Source of the DNA: Mobula hypostoma
Taxonomy: Eukaryota
Direction: 5' to 3'
Length of the DNA stretch: 64,000 bases
Assembly: GCF_963921235.1 (NCBI RefSeq)
Contig: NC_086109.1
Location: 16,990,001-17,054,000, forward strand
Of the stretch, positions 49,212-59,596 are shown piece by piece (position 1 is the first letter of the stretch; each line of letters opens with the position of its first letter). The notes under the pieces were generated by a model, which was not told where the DNA came from, ran no database searches, and worked only from the letters and a program-made list of their open reading frames with translations. Position numbers and translations under genes: made by a program.

Positions 49212-50522
49212 GCAGAGGAGAAGAAGACAAATACAGGCATCCTGTGTGAGTCTCCTCACCTTCAAGACCAAGACAGCGGATTGGAATGCGTGAATGGTGG
49301 TAGGCAGAACGTAGGGTCAGAACAAGATGCCACGGGGGAAGAAGGTAACTGTGGGAGATGTGAGGAACTGGGCCTCAGCAGTGACCAGCTCATGATGATC
49401 GACGAGCTCTGCCTCGGGGATTCTATCAACTCCGACGAATGTACCGACTCCGGCTTTTACAGCATCAGTCACAGGGAGTATGAGAGGTTTCAGAAAGTCC
49501 TGGAGAGCAAGTCTCAGCTGTACACCAGCAGGAACAAGTCCGAGCTGGGCAGAAAGACCCTGACAGAAGTGGCGACTGAAAGCAAATGGGAGAACAATCC
49601 CAAAACGAAACTGAGGCAACTTCAGGAAGAAGGCGGGTTGCAGAAACACAGGTCAGGTGAAGCCTCTGGCCTAACAGAAAGGGTAACAGTTAAGGACCAG
49701 CAGAAAAGGCTCCAAATATGTCCTGCCACAAACGAAAGCTCGTGGTCTGAGAACAGGTCCAACAGCTCCCATCAAAACTACACCACTTACCTGCCGGAAA
49801 GTGGCCCCAGCATAACTCAGCACCCTTTACCTGGTCCAGCCTGTGATGTCCACAGAAGGGAAGTCGGCCGCTCAGGGAACAGTGTCCCTGCAGGGGGAAG
49901 CAGTGCGCAGGGAGAAAAGCAGAGAATTGGGCGAGATCCATTACCGGCCAGCAGCTGTAAGCCCAACTCTGATTCAAGTCAGTGCCCTGTCCACATTCCA
50001 CAACGGGCACAGCGCTATCAGAGTTACATGCAGCTGGTACAGCAAAGGACAGCAGTAGAGTGTGGCACGAGTCTGTCCGAAGACGACATGGATGCTACCG
50101 GAACCAGCGTCACCACCAAGAAACAGCTGAGAGAACAACTCCTGAAGGACCGTGCGATGAAGATTGGCGAGGAACGCGCTGGCCTGACGACTGACGACGA
50201 CAGCCTGAGCGAGATCAAGATGGGAAAGTACTGGAGCCGAATGGAGAGAAGGCAACACTGGGCACAGGCGAGAGAGAAGAGGCAGAAGAAAGAAATGATG
50301 GTGCAGAGCAGGCTGGAGATTGTGAATGAAAGCACACAGACAATGGGGATTGGAAGAACAAAGTGTAGTATTATCGAGCTGAGCCAGAGGATAGCGAGCA
50401 GAAAACGAAACAAGAAGATTTTCGACAACTGGGTGACAATTCAAGAACTGCTAGCACATGGTTCACAAGCTGCTGACGGGACAATGGTTTATAGCCCTTT
50501 GCTTTCTGTGACTACTGTATAG
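49212..50522 (+). CDS. Terminal coding exon of a PDZRN3/PDZRN4/PDZD4 (LNX3-5) family protein with a C-terminal PDZ-binding motif (VTTV)
   Basis: Acceptor ttttgtttcttgtatttttag|GCA, in frame with ORF 49281-50522. Family motifs QDSG, ECTD...YERF..VLE.K, AQRYQSYMQLVQQ, EERAGLTTDDDSLSEIKMGKYWS, RNKKIFDNWVTIQELLAHG...VYSPLLSVTTV*. Orthology unresolved, so no symbol given. Confidence 0.95.
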   Translation, partial: AEEKKTNTGILCESPHLQDQDSGLECVNGGRQNVGSEQDATGEEGNCGRCEELGLSSDQLMMIDELCLGDSINSDECTDSGFYSISHREYERFQKVLESKSQLYTSRNKSELGRKTLTEVATESKWENNPKTKLRQLQEEGGLQKHRSGEASGLTERVTVKDQQKRLQICPATNESSWSENRSNSSHQNYTTYLPESGPSITQHPLPGPACDVHRREVGRSGNSVPAGGSSAQGEKQRIGRDPLPASSCKPNSDSSQCPVHIPQRAQRYQSYMQLVQQRTAVECGTSLSEDDMDATGTSVTTKKQLREQLLKDRAMKIGEERAGLTTDDDSLSEIKMGKYWSRMERRQHWAQAREKRQKKEMMVQSRLEIVNESTQTMGIGRTKCSIIELSQRIASRKRNKKIFDNWVTIQELLAHGSQAADGTMVYSPLLSVTTV

Positions 50523-50674
50523 AAACTTTAGTCCTTAGGCTGAGAGAGGAGGATAGAGGAGTGGGGAGAAATAGACACCTAGCCTTAAATTAAGCTTCTA
50601 TTTATCACTTAGTCATTCCTAACCATTAACTGCAGCCTGTGCATTTATGGTTAGTGAGTTGAAACTTTTTCAAA

Positions 50675-50845
50675 ACACACAAAAAGCTGGAGGAGCTCGG
50701 CAGGTCAGGCAGCATCTATGGAGAGGAATTAACATTGCCTGTTTATTCATTTCCATAGATGCTGCCTGACCTGCTGAGCTCCTCCAGCATTATGCATGTG
50801 GGTGTTGCTCTAGATTTCCAGCATCTGCAGAATCTCTTGTGCTTA
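50675..50845. mobile_element. Fold-back Penelope terminal-repeat insertion in the presumed 3' UTR
   Basis: gctggaggagctcggcaggtcaggcagcatctatgga pairs with tccatagatgctgcctgacctgctgagctcctccagc; ~20-bp imperfect TSD tgagttgaaa(a)ctt(t/c)ttcaaa at 50655-50674 and 50846-50866. Confidence 0.85.
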
Positions 50846-51479
50846 TGAGTTGAAAACTTCTTCAAAGTTATAGCAGAATCCTATTGAGCGAAAGGCAGTA
50901 TGATGGGCCAAATCGGTGACCAAGATTAGAAATATAGATCAGTCATTACAGCAAAGCAAGAGTCATTCAACCTTTACCAGATCCTTAAAGCGGTGCTGAA
51001 AAGAATTCCAGAACACCAGGATTGCTGCTGGCTGCCTCCACCCCTACGTTTTTCCAAACTCTGATTTCTTTTTATCCACAATGTCACATGCTCTACATTA
51101 GTGTTCATGCCCTTGGCTGACTTTTATTTTATTTAATTTACTTCTTATTTATTTAGAGATACAGCACAGAACAGGCCCTTCAACCCAATGAGCCACACTG
51201 CCCAGCAAACCCACCTGTTTAACTCTATTTAATCCCAGAACAATTTACAATGACCAGTTTTCCCACTAGCCGGTATATCTTTGGACTGTGGGAGGAAACC
51301 AGAGCACCCAAAGGAAACTCACATGGTCACAGAGAGAACAGACAAACTCCTTACGGATGGAAATGGAATTGAACTATGAACTGTAACAGCGTCACACTGA
51401 CTGCTACTCTACCGTGGCGTAACTGAGGTGTATGACCTAGCACTTTTTCCTGGATGAAAATTCTGTATACCTCCTTAAA

Positions 51480-52200
51480 AGTTCACTACCGCCTATTTAC
51501 TGTTGAATCTGTTTTCAAATATCACTTCTTCATACCATTGTAATTGCTAAAGATCAAACCGAAGATTTTCTCTCTCAAACTCAATATGAGTCTTTATCAC
51601 ATTAGGATCACTTATCTCCGATTGATGAATTCATTCATTAACCCTTTCTCATCACACATGACTTGATCGAAATATTTTGTTTCTGGTTGGTTCTATAACA
51701 ATTTGTCTGTCCAAGTATATTTTCTGAGCTCATCTTCAAGACAACCTTTTCCAATCTGTCTAGTCTATATGAAGATTGAAGTCACCCACCGTTATTGCAG
51801 AACCTTTCTTGCAATCCTCCATTATTTCTTGAGTTATACTCTATTTTATGTCATACTGACTGTTTGGAGCCAGAAAAATAACTCCCCCTGCTGACATTTT
51901 CCCTGTGCTGTATCTTATCTCCCCAAAAAGCTAATACTACATCCTGATCTCCTGAGCCAAGCTCATTTCTCACTGTTATGTTGACTTCTTCCTTTAGCAA
52001 CAGATATCCCCTTCTTCCTCTCCTTCTTTCCTGTAAATATCTGGAAGATTCAGTTTCCAGACCCGGTCACTATGCAACAGTGTCTCTGTAATAACTTCTC
52101 CCATTAATTTCCATTTGAGCCATAATTTCTTGCTACGCATGCTGTAGACTTCCAGAGGAAGAGATGTTAAGTTTGACTTTATAGCAATTTTTCTCTCTGT
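51480..52200 (-). mobile_element. Ancient CR1-like endonuclease relic
   Basis: Minus strand gives ...EVITETLL... and gcaataacggtgggtgacttcaatcttcatata (AITVGDFNLHI). Confidence 0.55.
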
Positions 52201-52439
52201 AATCCTATTTGCAAATGCTAAGGACATAGAACAGTACTGCACACTGTTTGACCCACAATGTCTGTGCAATGTCTGACCACTGTGTCAAATGAAAGTGCAG
52301 ATGATCCATTCCCTTCATTCTCCTCATTTCCATGTGTCTGTCTAAAGGTCTCAAGTCCCACTATAGTATCTACTTCCACCACCATCCCTGTCAGCGTGTC
52401 CAGCCACCTACCACTCTGTGTAAATAAAACTGCTCGTGT

Positions 52440-52720
52440 GGAATGAGTGTAGCATCGCAACACTGGGTTTCGTACCATAGAATTAATGTTATTCTTTAGC
52501 ATCTTGCTCAAACACTTGAACGTGCCTTTAGCAATCACAGTCATTCTTCTAACTTCAACATCATCCCTACCATTAGATGTTATCGTGCTCCCCAAGTACT
52601 TGAACTTCCATGTTTTTTTATTGTTTCACTGCCCACTTTCAGTTTGCATTTCTTCTTTGTGACAACTGTACATTTGTTCTTCTTGCAACTGATGGTCAAT
52701 CCTCTCTTTATACTTTCTTC
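52440..52720 (-). mobile_element. RTE-clade LINE fragment
   Basis: KFKYLGSTITSNGRDDVEVRRMTVIAKGTFKCLSKMLKN...VLRCY, the post-RT motif typical of RTE elements. Confidence 0.7.
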
Positions 52721-53714
52721 GACGCACACCAGACCACCCAGGTAACCCCCATTTCATACAAAGCTCCAGATAAAGCCATAGTTTTCTAATACTGAGGAAC
52801 TAGTTCTAGCAGAAGTGAAAGTCTTCCCAAAGGTAAACCCTCTTTTCCCAAGACTGGTACCAATGCCCATAAATTTAAACTCATTTTTCCTACACCCCCA
52901 CTTAAGACAATCCTTAGATCCTCCTTCATTATCCGGGCAATTGGAATTGCAATAAATTTGTACAACACATATCTTTATCCAGCATGCTTGACTTGGCAGG
53001 TACTGGATTATCTTATAGTGTGGCAGGTGCTTCCTAGGTGCTAGCAAGAAACAAGGATCAACTTTATTCTCGATTTGCATTTACACATATGAGGAACTTA
53101 CAGTGGTATGTTAGTCAGGATGCAGCATGCAACAAAAAGCAAGATTTTCATAGAATAAAGACTTGTACAAAAATAATGTTAGAGGTTAAAACATGGGTAC
53201 AGAATAAAATGTGCAAAAATGCATAAATATCAGCATGGAGTTACAACGTAAAGAGATTTAAAGTGCTGAAGGTGCAGAGCAGTGACGAGGTAATAGGTAG
53301 AGGGGACATCAGATTAACAGTGACGGGAGTAATAGATAACGTGGGGTATCAGAGTAACTGCATTCGGGGAAGGAATGTTTAAGATGCCAAGAAATTTTTG
53401 TTTTAATAGCCCTAGAGAACTTTCTAGAAGGGAGCTTCAGGAAAAGGCAGAGTAAGTAGTGTCCACAATCATTTCTCCAGCCTTTTGTTTGTCCTGGGCG
53501 CATACAAACCCTCCCTAAAGCTAAGTAGTTTATGTAATGCTGTGGCAAGGTTGGTTCTCTCTCAGGGCTGCTTCGCTGTTGGGCTGGGGATCTCTTGTCA
53601 CAGTATTGATGTCAGCTATAAAGCAGCTGACAGCCATGTGGGTCACTGTCTAATTTCCAAGAAATAACCTGTGGTAGATCACGGATTGTTTCGTGCGTTA
53701 CCGGGCGGTGTACA

Positions 53715-54258
53715 CACTCAGTGGCTACTTTGTCACTTCCAGTACCTAATGAAGTGGCCACAATGCATGTTCATGGCCTTCTCCTGGTGTCGGCTGCTAT
53801 CGGCCATCTGCTTCAAGGTTCGAAGTATTGTATGTTCAGAGCTGTTATTCCGTTGTAATGCGTCATTATTTGAGTTACTGCTGCCTTCCTGTAAGCTTGA
53901 ACCAGTCTGGCCATTCTCCTCTGACCTCTCTCATTACCAGGGTGTTTGCACCCACAGAACTGCCGCTCACTTGGATGTTTTCAATGTTTTGCAACAGTCT
54001 CTGTAAACTCTAGAGTCTGTTGTGCGTTGAAACCCTGGGAAATGAGCAGCTTCTGGGATAATAAAATCAACCACGTCTGGCACCAAAAGTCACTTAACGG
54101 TCAGTTGTTCAGATAAGTTTTCTTCTTGAAATGTTTGGTCTGAACAACTGAACCTCATGACCAGGTCTGCATGCTTTTATGCATTGAGTTGCTGCCACGT
54201 GATTGGCTGATTAGACATTTTCCATTAATGAGCAGGTCTACAGGTATTCCTAATAAAG
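53715..54258 (-). mobile_element. Non-autonomous Tc1 derivative, decayed
   Basis: cactcagtggctacttt...gtacctaatgaagtggcca and interior match 22680-23540. Confidence 0.7.
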
Positions 54259-54895
54259 GTTTCATTCACTTCATTGTAGCCCTCACTGTTTTAGATATGA
54301 TCCACAGGTCAGTGTGGGCTAGATGGATTACATTATTTTTTAACTTCATTTAAAGGTACAGTCCGGAACGGGCCCAACAAGCCCAGCAACTCACCTAACT
54401 AACCCTAGCCTAATCACAGGACAGTTTACAATGACCAATTAGCCTACTAGCCAGTACGTCTTTGGATTGTGGGAGGAGACCAGAGTATCCACAGGAAACC
54501 CACATGGTCACAGGGAGAACATATAAACTCCTTACAGACGCAGCCAGAACTGAACTCCGAATTCAGATGCCCTGAGCTGTACCACTAATGGTTATGGGTC
54601 TGTGGCACTTCAGTATTGTATATCTGGTTCCATTCGCCACTAAACCTTCTCATTAACAAGACACTGACCTCTCTTGGGTAACAGGCTTTGCGAATGTTAT
54701 CCAAAGGATTATGTGTAAACTGTTTAAAGAATTTATTGGCCTCGAGTCCTGTTAATTTGCTAAGTGTCTCTGTCAGACACTCTTCAAAATCCTTGTGATG
54801 TGCAGTGGAGTAACAAAAAAAATTTGACTGCATTACTTCAGCAGGAACACTTCAATATAGAAAAAACATCATTTAATCACAAGAACAAACAGTTA

Positions 54896-56180
54896 CACTG
54901 AGTGGACACTTTATTAGGTACACCTCGTTAATGAAAATATCTAATCAGCCAATTATTAGCCAATCAGTGAGAAGTGGCGCTCCACACAGACTTCCAATCT
55001 GCGTCTTGTAAGGCATGAAAATGCCCGACGCAGGCCTCTCATGGTCTGAGTCGACGTACCCTCCCTCAATTATATGGCAGCAACTCAATGCATAAAAGTG
55101 TAATGCCCTGGTTCACATCTTTACTGTTATGCTGTAGGCATTTCATTTGGCAGCTCTGTAAGAGCAGTCTGTTCTATCAACCTGTTTGGGTTATTGTTGA
55201 AGATAAGGGATGATGTGCCATCCAGTTAGCGGGAGGTGTTCTTGGTGAGGGACAATAAGGTTGGTCTTGGGCTTGTGTTCGGCGGGAGATGGAGAGAGAA
55301 GACGCTGGGGAGAACCGGTCGCAGAATACAATCCGGTGGGAGACTCGTTTGTTCGAGATGGATTGCGAGTGACATTCGGAAGGTGGTGTGTGCTTTCACG
55401 TTGACCGAGGGCCCAGCGCATGAGTGACAGGGAAGTTCAAGATGAGCTCCAACTTGTGCGTATTTGACTGTTTAATTAGAATGGGCCCTTTTCTTTTTGT
55501 TAATCTTTACTAACCCTTTAGTTAAGATTCATAAGTATAATTCCTTTAATCATCTGCAGTGCACTAGCTGTTATTTTGTGGTACTAATTTGTAACAGGGT
55601 AGCAAATTAGACAGCATCCACACAAACCGGGGTTTGGGGTGGGAAGAGCCACGTCAATCTCATGAGTTTGGCAGGACTTGAGGGTGTCTTCCCTAGACTT
55701 ACACAGCCAAGGAAACCAGGGTGTTTCAAAAACATGCAGACATGGTCAAAGGTTAAGTTGTTGTTCAGACTGAACATCAGAATGGAGAAGAAATGTGATC
55801 TAAGTGACTTTAACTGTGGAAAGATTGTTGATGCCAGACAAGGTGGTCTGAGTATCTGAGAAACTGCTGAGCTCCTGGAATTTTCATGCACAACAATCTC
55901 TAGAGTTTACAGAGAATAGTGCAATAAAACAAAAGAAATGCAGTGAGCATCAGTTCTGTGGGCAAAAATGCCTTGTTAATGAGCGAGGTCAGAGGAGAAT
56001 GGCCAGACTAGTTCAAGTTGACAGGAGGGCAACAGTAACTCAGATAACTTCTGCACAACAGAGGTGTGCAGAAGAACTTCTCTAAACCCACAACACATCA
56101 TACCTTGAAGTGGAGAGGCTACAGCAGCAGAAGATCACAGTGGGTTCCATTCTTGAACCTAATAAAATGGCTACTGAATG
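54896..56180 (+). mobile_element. Non-autonomous Tc1 derivative retaining the N-terminal transposase region, with a solo LTR inside
   Basis: TA-flanked TIRs cactgagtggacactttattaggtac ... cctaataaaatggctactgaatg; MEKKCDLSDFNCGKIVDARQGGLSI*ETAELLEFS..TISRVYRE and ERGQRRMARLVQ at ~55780-56140; no catalytic domain. Confidence 0.82.
55099..55728. mobile_element. Solo LTR (630 bp)
   Basis: Begins tgtaatgccctgg and ends ccagggtgtttca (imperfect inverted termini, TG...CA); interrupts the host Tc1 sequence gcataaaag|catgcagac. Confidence 0.75.
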
Positions 56181-56274
56181 TAGATTTCAATTATTGATTA
56201 AATGTTTTGTCCATCTAGTGTAGAGCGTTGTAGATTTAATTTGTGCATGTCTAAAATGCATGGAATTTGAAAAA

Positions 56275-56288
56275 AATAAAGTAATAAA
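56275..56288 (+). terminator. Candidate tandem polyadenylation signals for the PDZRN-family gene
   Basis: aataaa at 56275-56280 and 56283-56288 in non-repeat AT-rich sequence followed by T/GT-rich tracts; would imply a ~5.8-kb 3' UTR. No transcript evidence. Confidence 0.3.
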
Positions 56289-56548
56289 ACAGAAAATATT
56301 ATAACCCTTTCTGCTCTTTTATTAATTATTGTCCTGAAGTATTTATTTGGTGGTTTAATATTTATTGTTTCAGATTTATTAAATAGAAGTACTCTTTTTC
56401 TCCATTGTTCTTAGTACTCATTAAGTGAAGGGTGTTGTCCTCTTTAAGATGGAAAAATTGGATCCAAGTAATCCCAGATAGCTTTTTTTTTGACCAATGT
56501 CATTCATAAACTTCCGATAATCCGCTATCCAATTATTTGGAAAACTTG

Positions 56549-58085
56549 AAGCAACACACACAAAACGCAGGAGGATCTCATCAGGCCAGGCTAAATCTAT
56601 GGAAAAAAGTAAACCATCAACTTCTAGGGTTGAGACCCTTCATCAAGAGACTGGAAAGAAAGAGGAGAAGTCAGAGTAAGAGGATGGGGGTGGGGAGGAA
56701 GAAGTAAAATGTGGTAGGTGATAGGTGAAACTGGGAGGGAGAGGGTGAAGTAAAGAGCTGGAAAGTTGATTGGTGAAAGAGATAAAGAGCTGAAGGAGGG
56801 GGGAGCTGATAGGAGAGGATACAAGACCATGTAAAAAAGGGAAGGGGGAGGAGCACCAGAGGGAGGTGATGGGCAGGTAAGGAGATAAGATGAGAGAGGG
56901 AAACAGAAATGAAGAATGGTGAAGGATGGGGCTGGGGGGGTACATTTACCAGAAGTTTAAGAAATCAATGTTCATGCCATCAGGTTGGAGGCTACCTAAA
57001 TGGAATATAAGGTGTTGCTTTTCCATCCTGAGTGTGGCCTCTTTTCAACAGTAGAGGAAGCTATGGACTGACATGTCACTATGGGAAAGGGAAGTGGCGT
57101 TGAAATGGATGGCCACTAGGAGATCCTGCTTTCTCTGGTAGATGGAGTGGGGTGATCTCCCAAACTATGTCTCGTCTCACTGACCTACAGGAAGCCACAC
57201 CAGGAACACTGGATAGAGTAGATGACACCAAAAGACTCACAAGTGAAGTGTCGCCTCACCTGGAAGGACTGTTTGAGGCCCTGAATGGTAGTGAGGGAGG
57301 GGAAGATGTTGCTCTTGTTCTGCTTGCAAGGATATGTACAAGGAGGGAGGTCAGTGGGGCAGGACAACTGGACGAGAGAGGTACGTAGGGAGTGATCCCT
57401 GTGGAAAGCAGAAAGTGGTGGGAAGGGAAAGATGTGTTTGGTGGTGGGATCCCGTTGGAGATGGTGGAAGTTATGGAAGTGCTGGACATGGAGGCCACTG
57501 CGGTAGTATTTGAGGACAAGAGGAACCCTATCCCTGGTGTGGCAGTGGGAGGATGGGGGAGAGGGCAGATGTGTGTGAAATGGAAGAGATGCGGGTGAGG
57601 ACAGCATTAATGGTGGAGGAAGAGAAGCCCTTTCTTTGAAGAAGGAGAAATCTCATCCTGAGAGCAGATGCGGTGGACAAGGAGGAACTGAGAGAAGGGG
57701 ATGGCAGTTTTACAAGTGACAGGGTGGGAAAAGGTATAGCCCAGGTAGCTGTGAGAATCAGTGAGTTTGTAAAAGGTGTCAGGAGATAGACAGTCTCCAG
57801 AGATGGAAACAGCGAGATCAAGAAAGGGGAGGGAGGTGTCAGAAATGGACCAAGTACTGTAAACTTGAGGGAGAGCAGAAGTTGGAGACAAAGTTGATGA
57901 GGTCAACGAGCTCCGCGTGGGTGCAGGAAGCATCTCCAATGCATCGTTGATGTAGCGTAGGAAGAGTTGGGGAACAATACCAGTGTACCAGTGAACATGG
58001 ACTGTTCCACGTAGCTGACAAAAAGGCTGGCATAGCTGGGACCCATGCAAGCGCCCACGGCTACACGTTTGGTTTGAAGAAACCC
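56549..58085 (-). mobile_element. 5'-truncated Penelope-like element (RT C-terminal half, GIY-YIG, terminal repeat)
   Basis: FLQTKRVAVGACMGPSYASLFVSYVE, FLRYIND, LPFLDL...FYKLTDSHSYL...SHP..CK.AIPFSQ, RRHFTCESFGVIYSIQCSWCG across frameshifted minus-strand ORFs. Confidence 0.92.
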
Positions 58086-59596
58086 AATGGAAAAGCTAAT
58101 AGTTTCATATTTGGTACTGATTAACACCATCCGATTCACACACTGAGGCCTCGGTTTCCACACCCCTTTCGACCACATGCAATTCAAGATTCAAGATTGA
58201 GGTTTCTTTGTCACATGTACATTGAAACATACAGTTAAATGCGTCACACACAGACTGCTGGAAGAACACAGCAGGTCAGGCAGCACCTATGGAAATGAAT
58301 AGATAGTCGATGTTCTGGGCCGAGCCCCTTCATCAGGACTGAGGAGGAATGAAGGAAGATGCCGGAATGTTACATTTGCACTAACAACCAGTGTTGCCTA
58401 AGGACGTGCTGGGGGCAGCCCGCGAGTGTCGTCACACATTCCAGCGCTGACTTAGCGTGCTCAGGACACTTGGCAGAACAACACAGAATACAACAGTGAC
58501 AGAACAACTGAAGCAGAAGAAGCCCCATTTCTGCCTCCTACCCATGCACAAACTCAGACCTTTAAGCCCAGGACAGGCTCCAGCAGACTCGGCCCCTACG
58601 ATCTTTTTCAAGCTCAAGTTCAGGTTTAATGGTCACTCAACCAACCATGTGCATACAGATAAACAAAATAGCATTCCTCTGGGGCCAAGGCACAAAGCAC
58701 AGCGCATACGCATAACGCCACAAAAATAACATTAACACACGTCCCTGAGTGGCATGGCTTGAAGATTAATGGTGCATGGGATGGTGTCCTGGAGCCATGT
58801 CTCAACAAGAGTAAGCATGCAGCAGTTCCTCATCTCACACAGCTGTTTGGTTCCTGCACTCTTTTTAACACACTGGGATCCAGATCCCACCATCACTAGT
58901 ATTCACCCAGACCCTGGTTCCAGTGCTCTGTAATATTCACCGGGGCTCTGGTTCCCCAGCTTTCTTTAGGTTCACCTGGTTAAGTTTGCAACACTCTGTT
59001 GAAATTCAAAGCCTTGTTTCTTGCACTTGTTTTAAACAAGCTGGCTTCACAGGAAAATGTATTATTCTGCTATAGAACACTGGGGATCAAAGTGACTCGA
59101 AAGGATGTTGGAGTATTAATGGATAAAAATCCAATGGTTTGAAAAATCTGCTTGTCCTCTATCATCTGAAACATGTCAGATAAAGCTTTGCTGTTTATTG
59201 AGTTTACAGAATAAACAGTCCACGTAATTCAACTAGAAAAATCACCTCAAATTGCCTTAACCCATCCCACTTCATCTAATCCTCTCAAAATATCTTTCAT
59301 ATCTAATTAGACATTTGCAAAAACAATTATTTTCAACTAATTCCATCTTATGCAGAAGGACTCAACTAGGAATGAGCCCTTAAATATGAGCTTGGATTTG
59401 TTTTCCTTGTTTAATGAAGCTGTGCTTTCCATCAGAACAGAGAAACTAGGAGGAGGAGTGGGCAATCTGTCCAGTTGAGCCTGGTCCAACATTCAATTAG
59501 ATCCCAGCTGATGTGGCCATGGATTCAGCTCCATCTACCTGTATTTACCCCTTATTCCTTATTTCTATCTAAATAACTATGTCTTTATTTATCTAT

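Noticed and set aside
49317..50444. Antisense and alternative-frame ORFs over the terminal exon
   Set aside because: Shadows of the real + strand exon, with no recognisable motifs.
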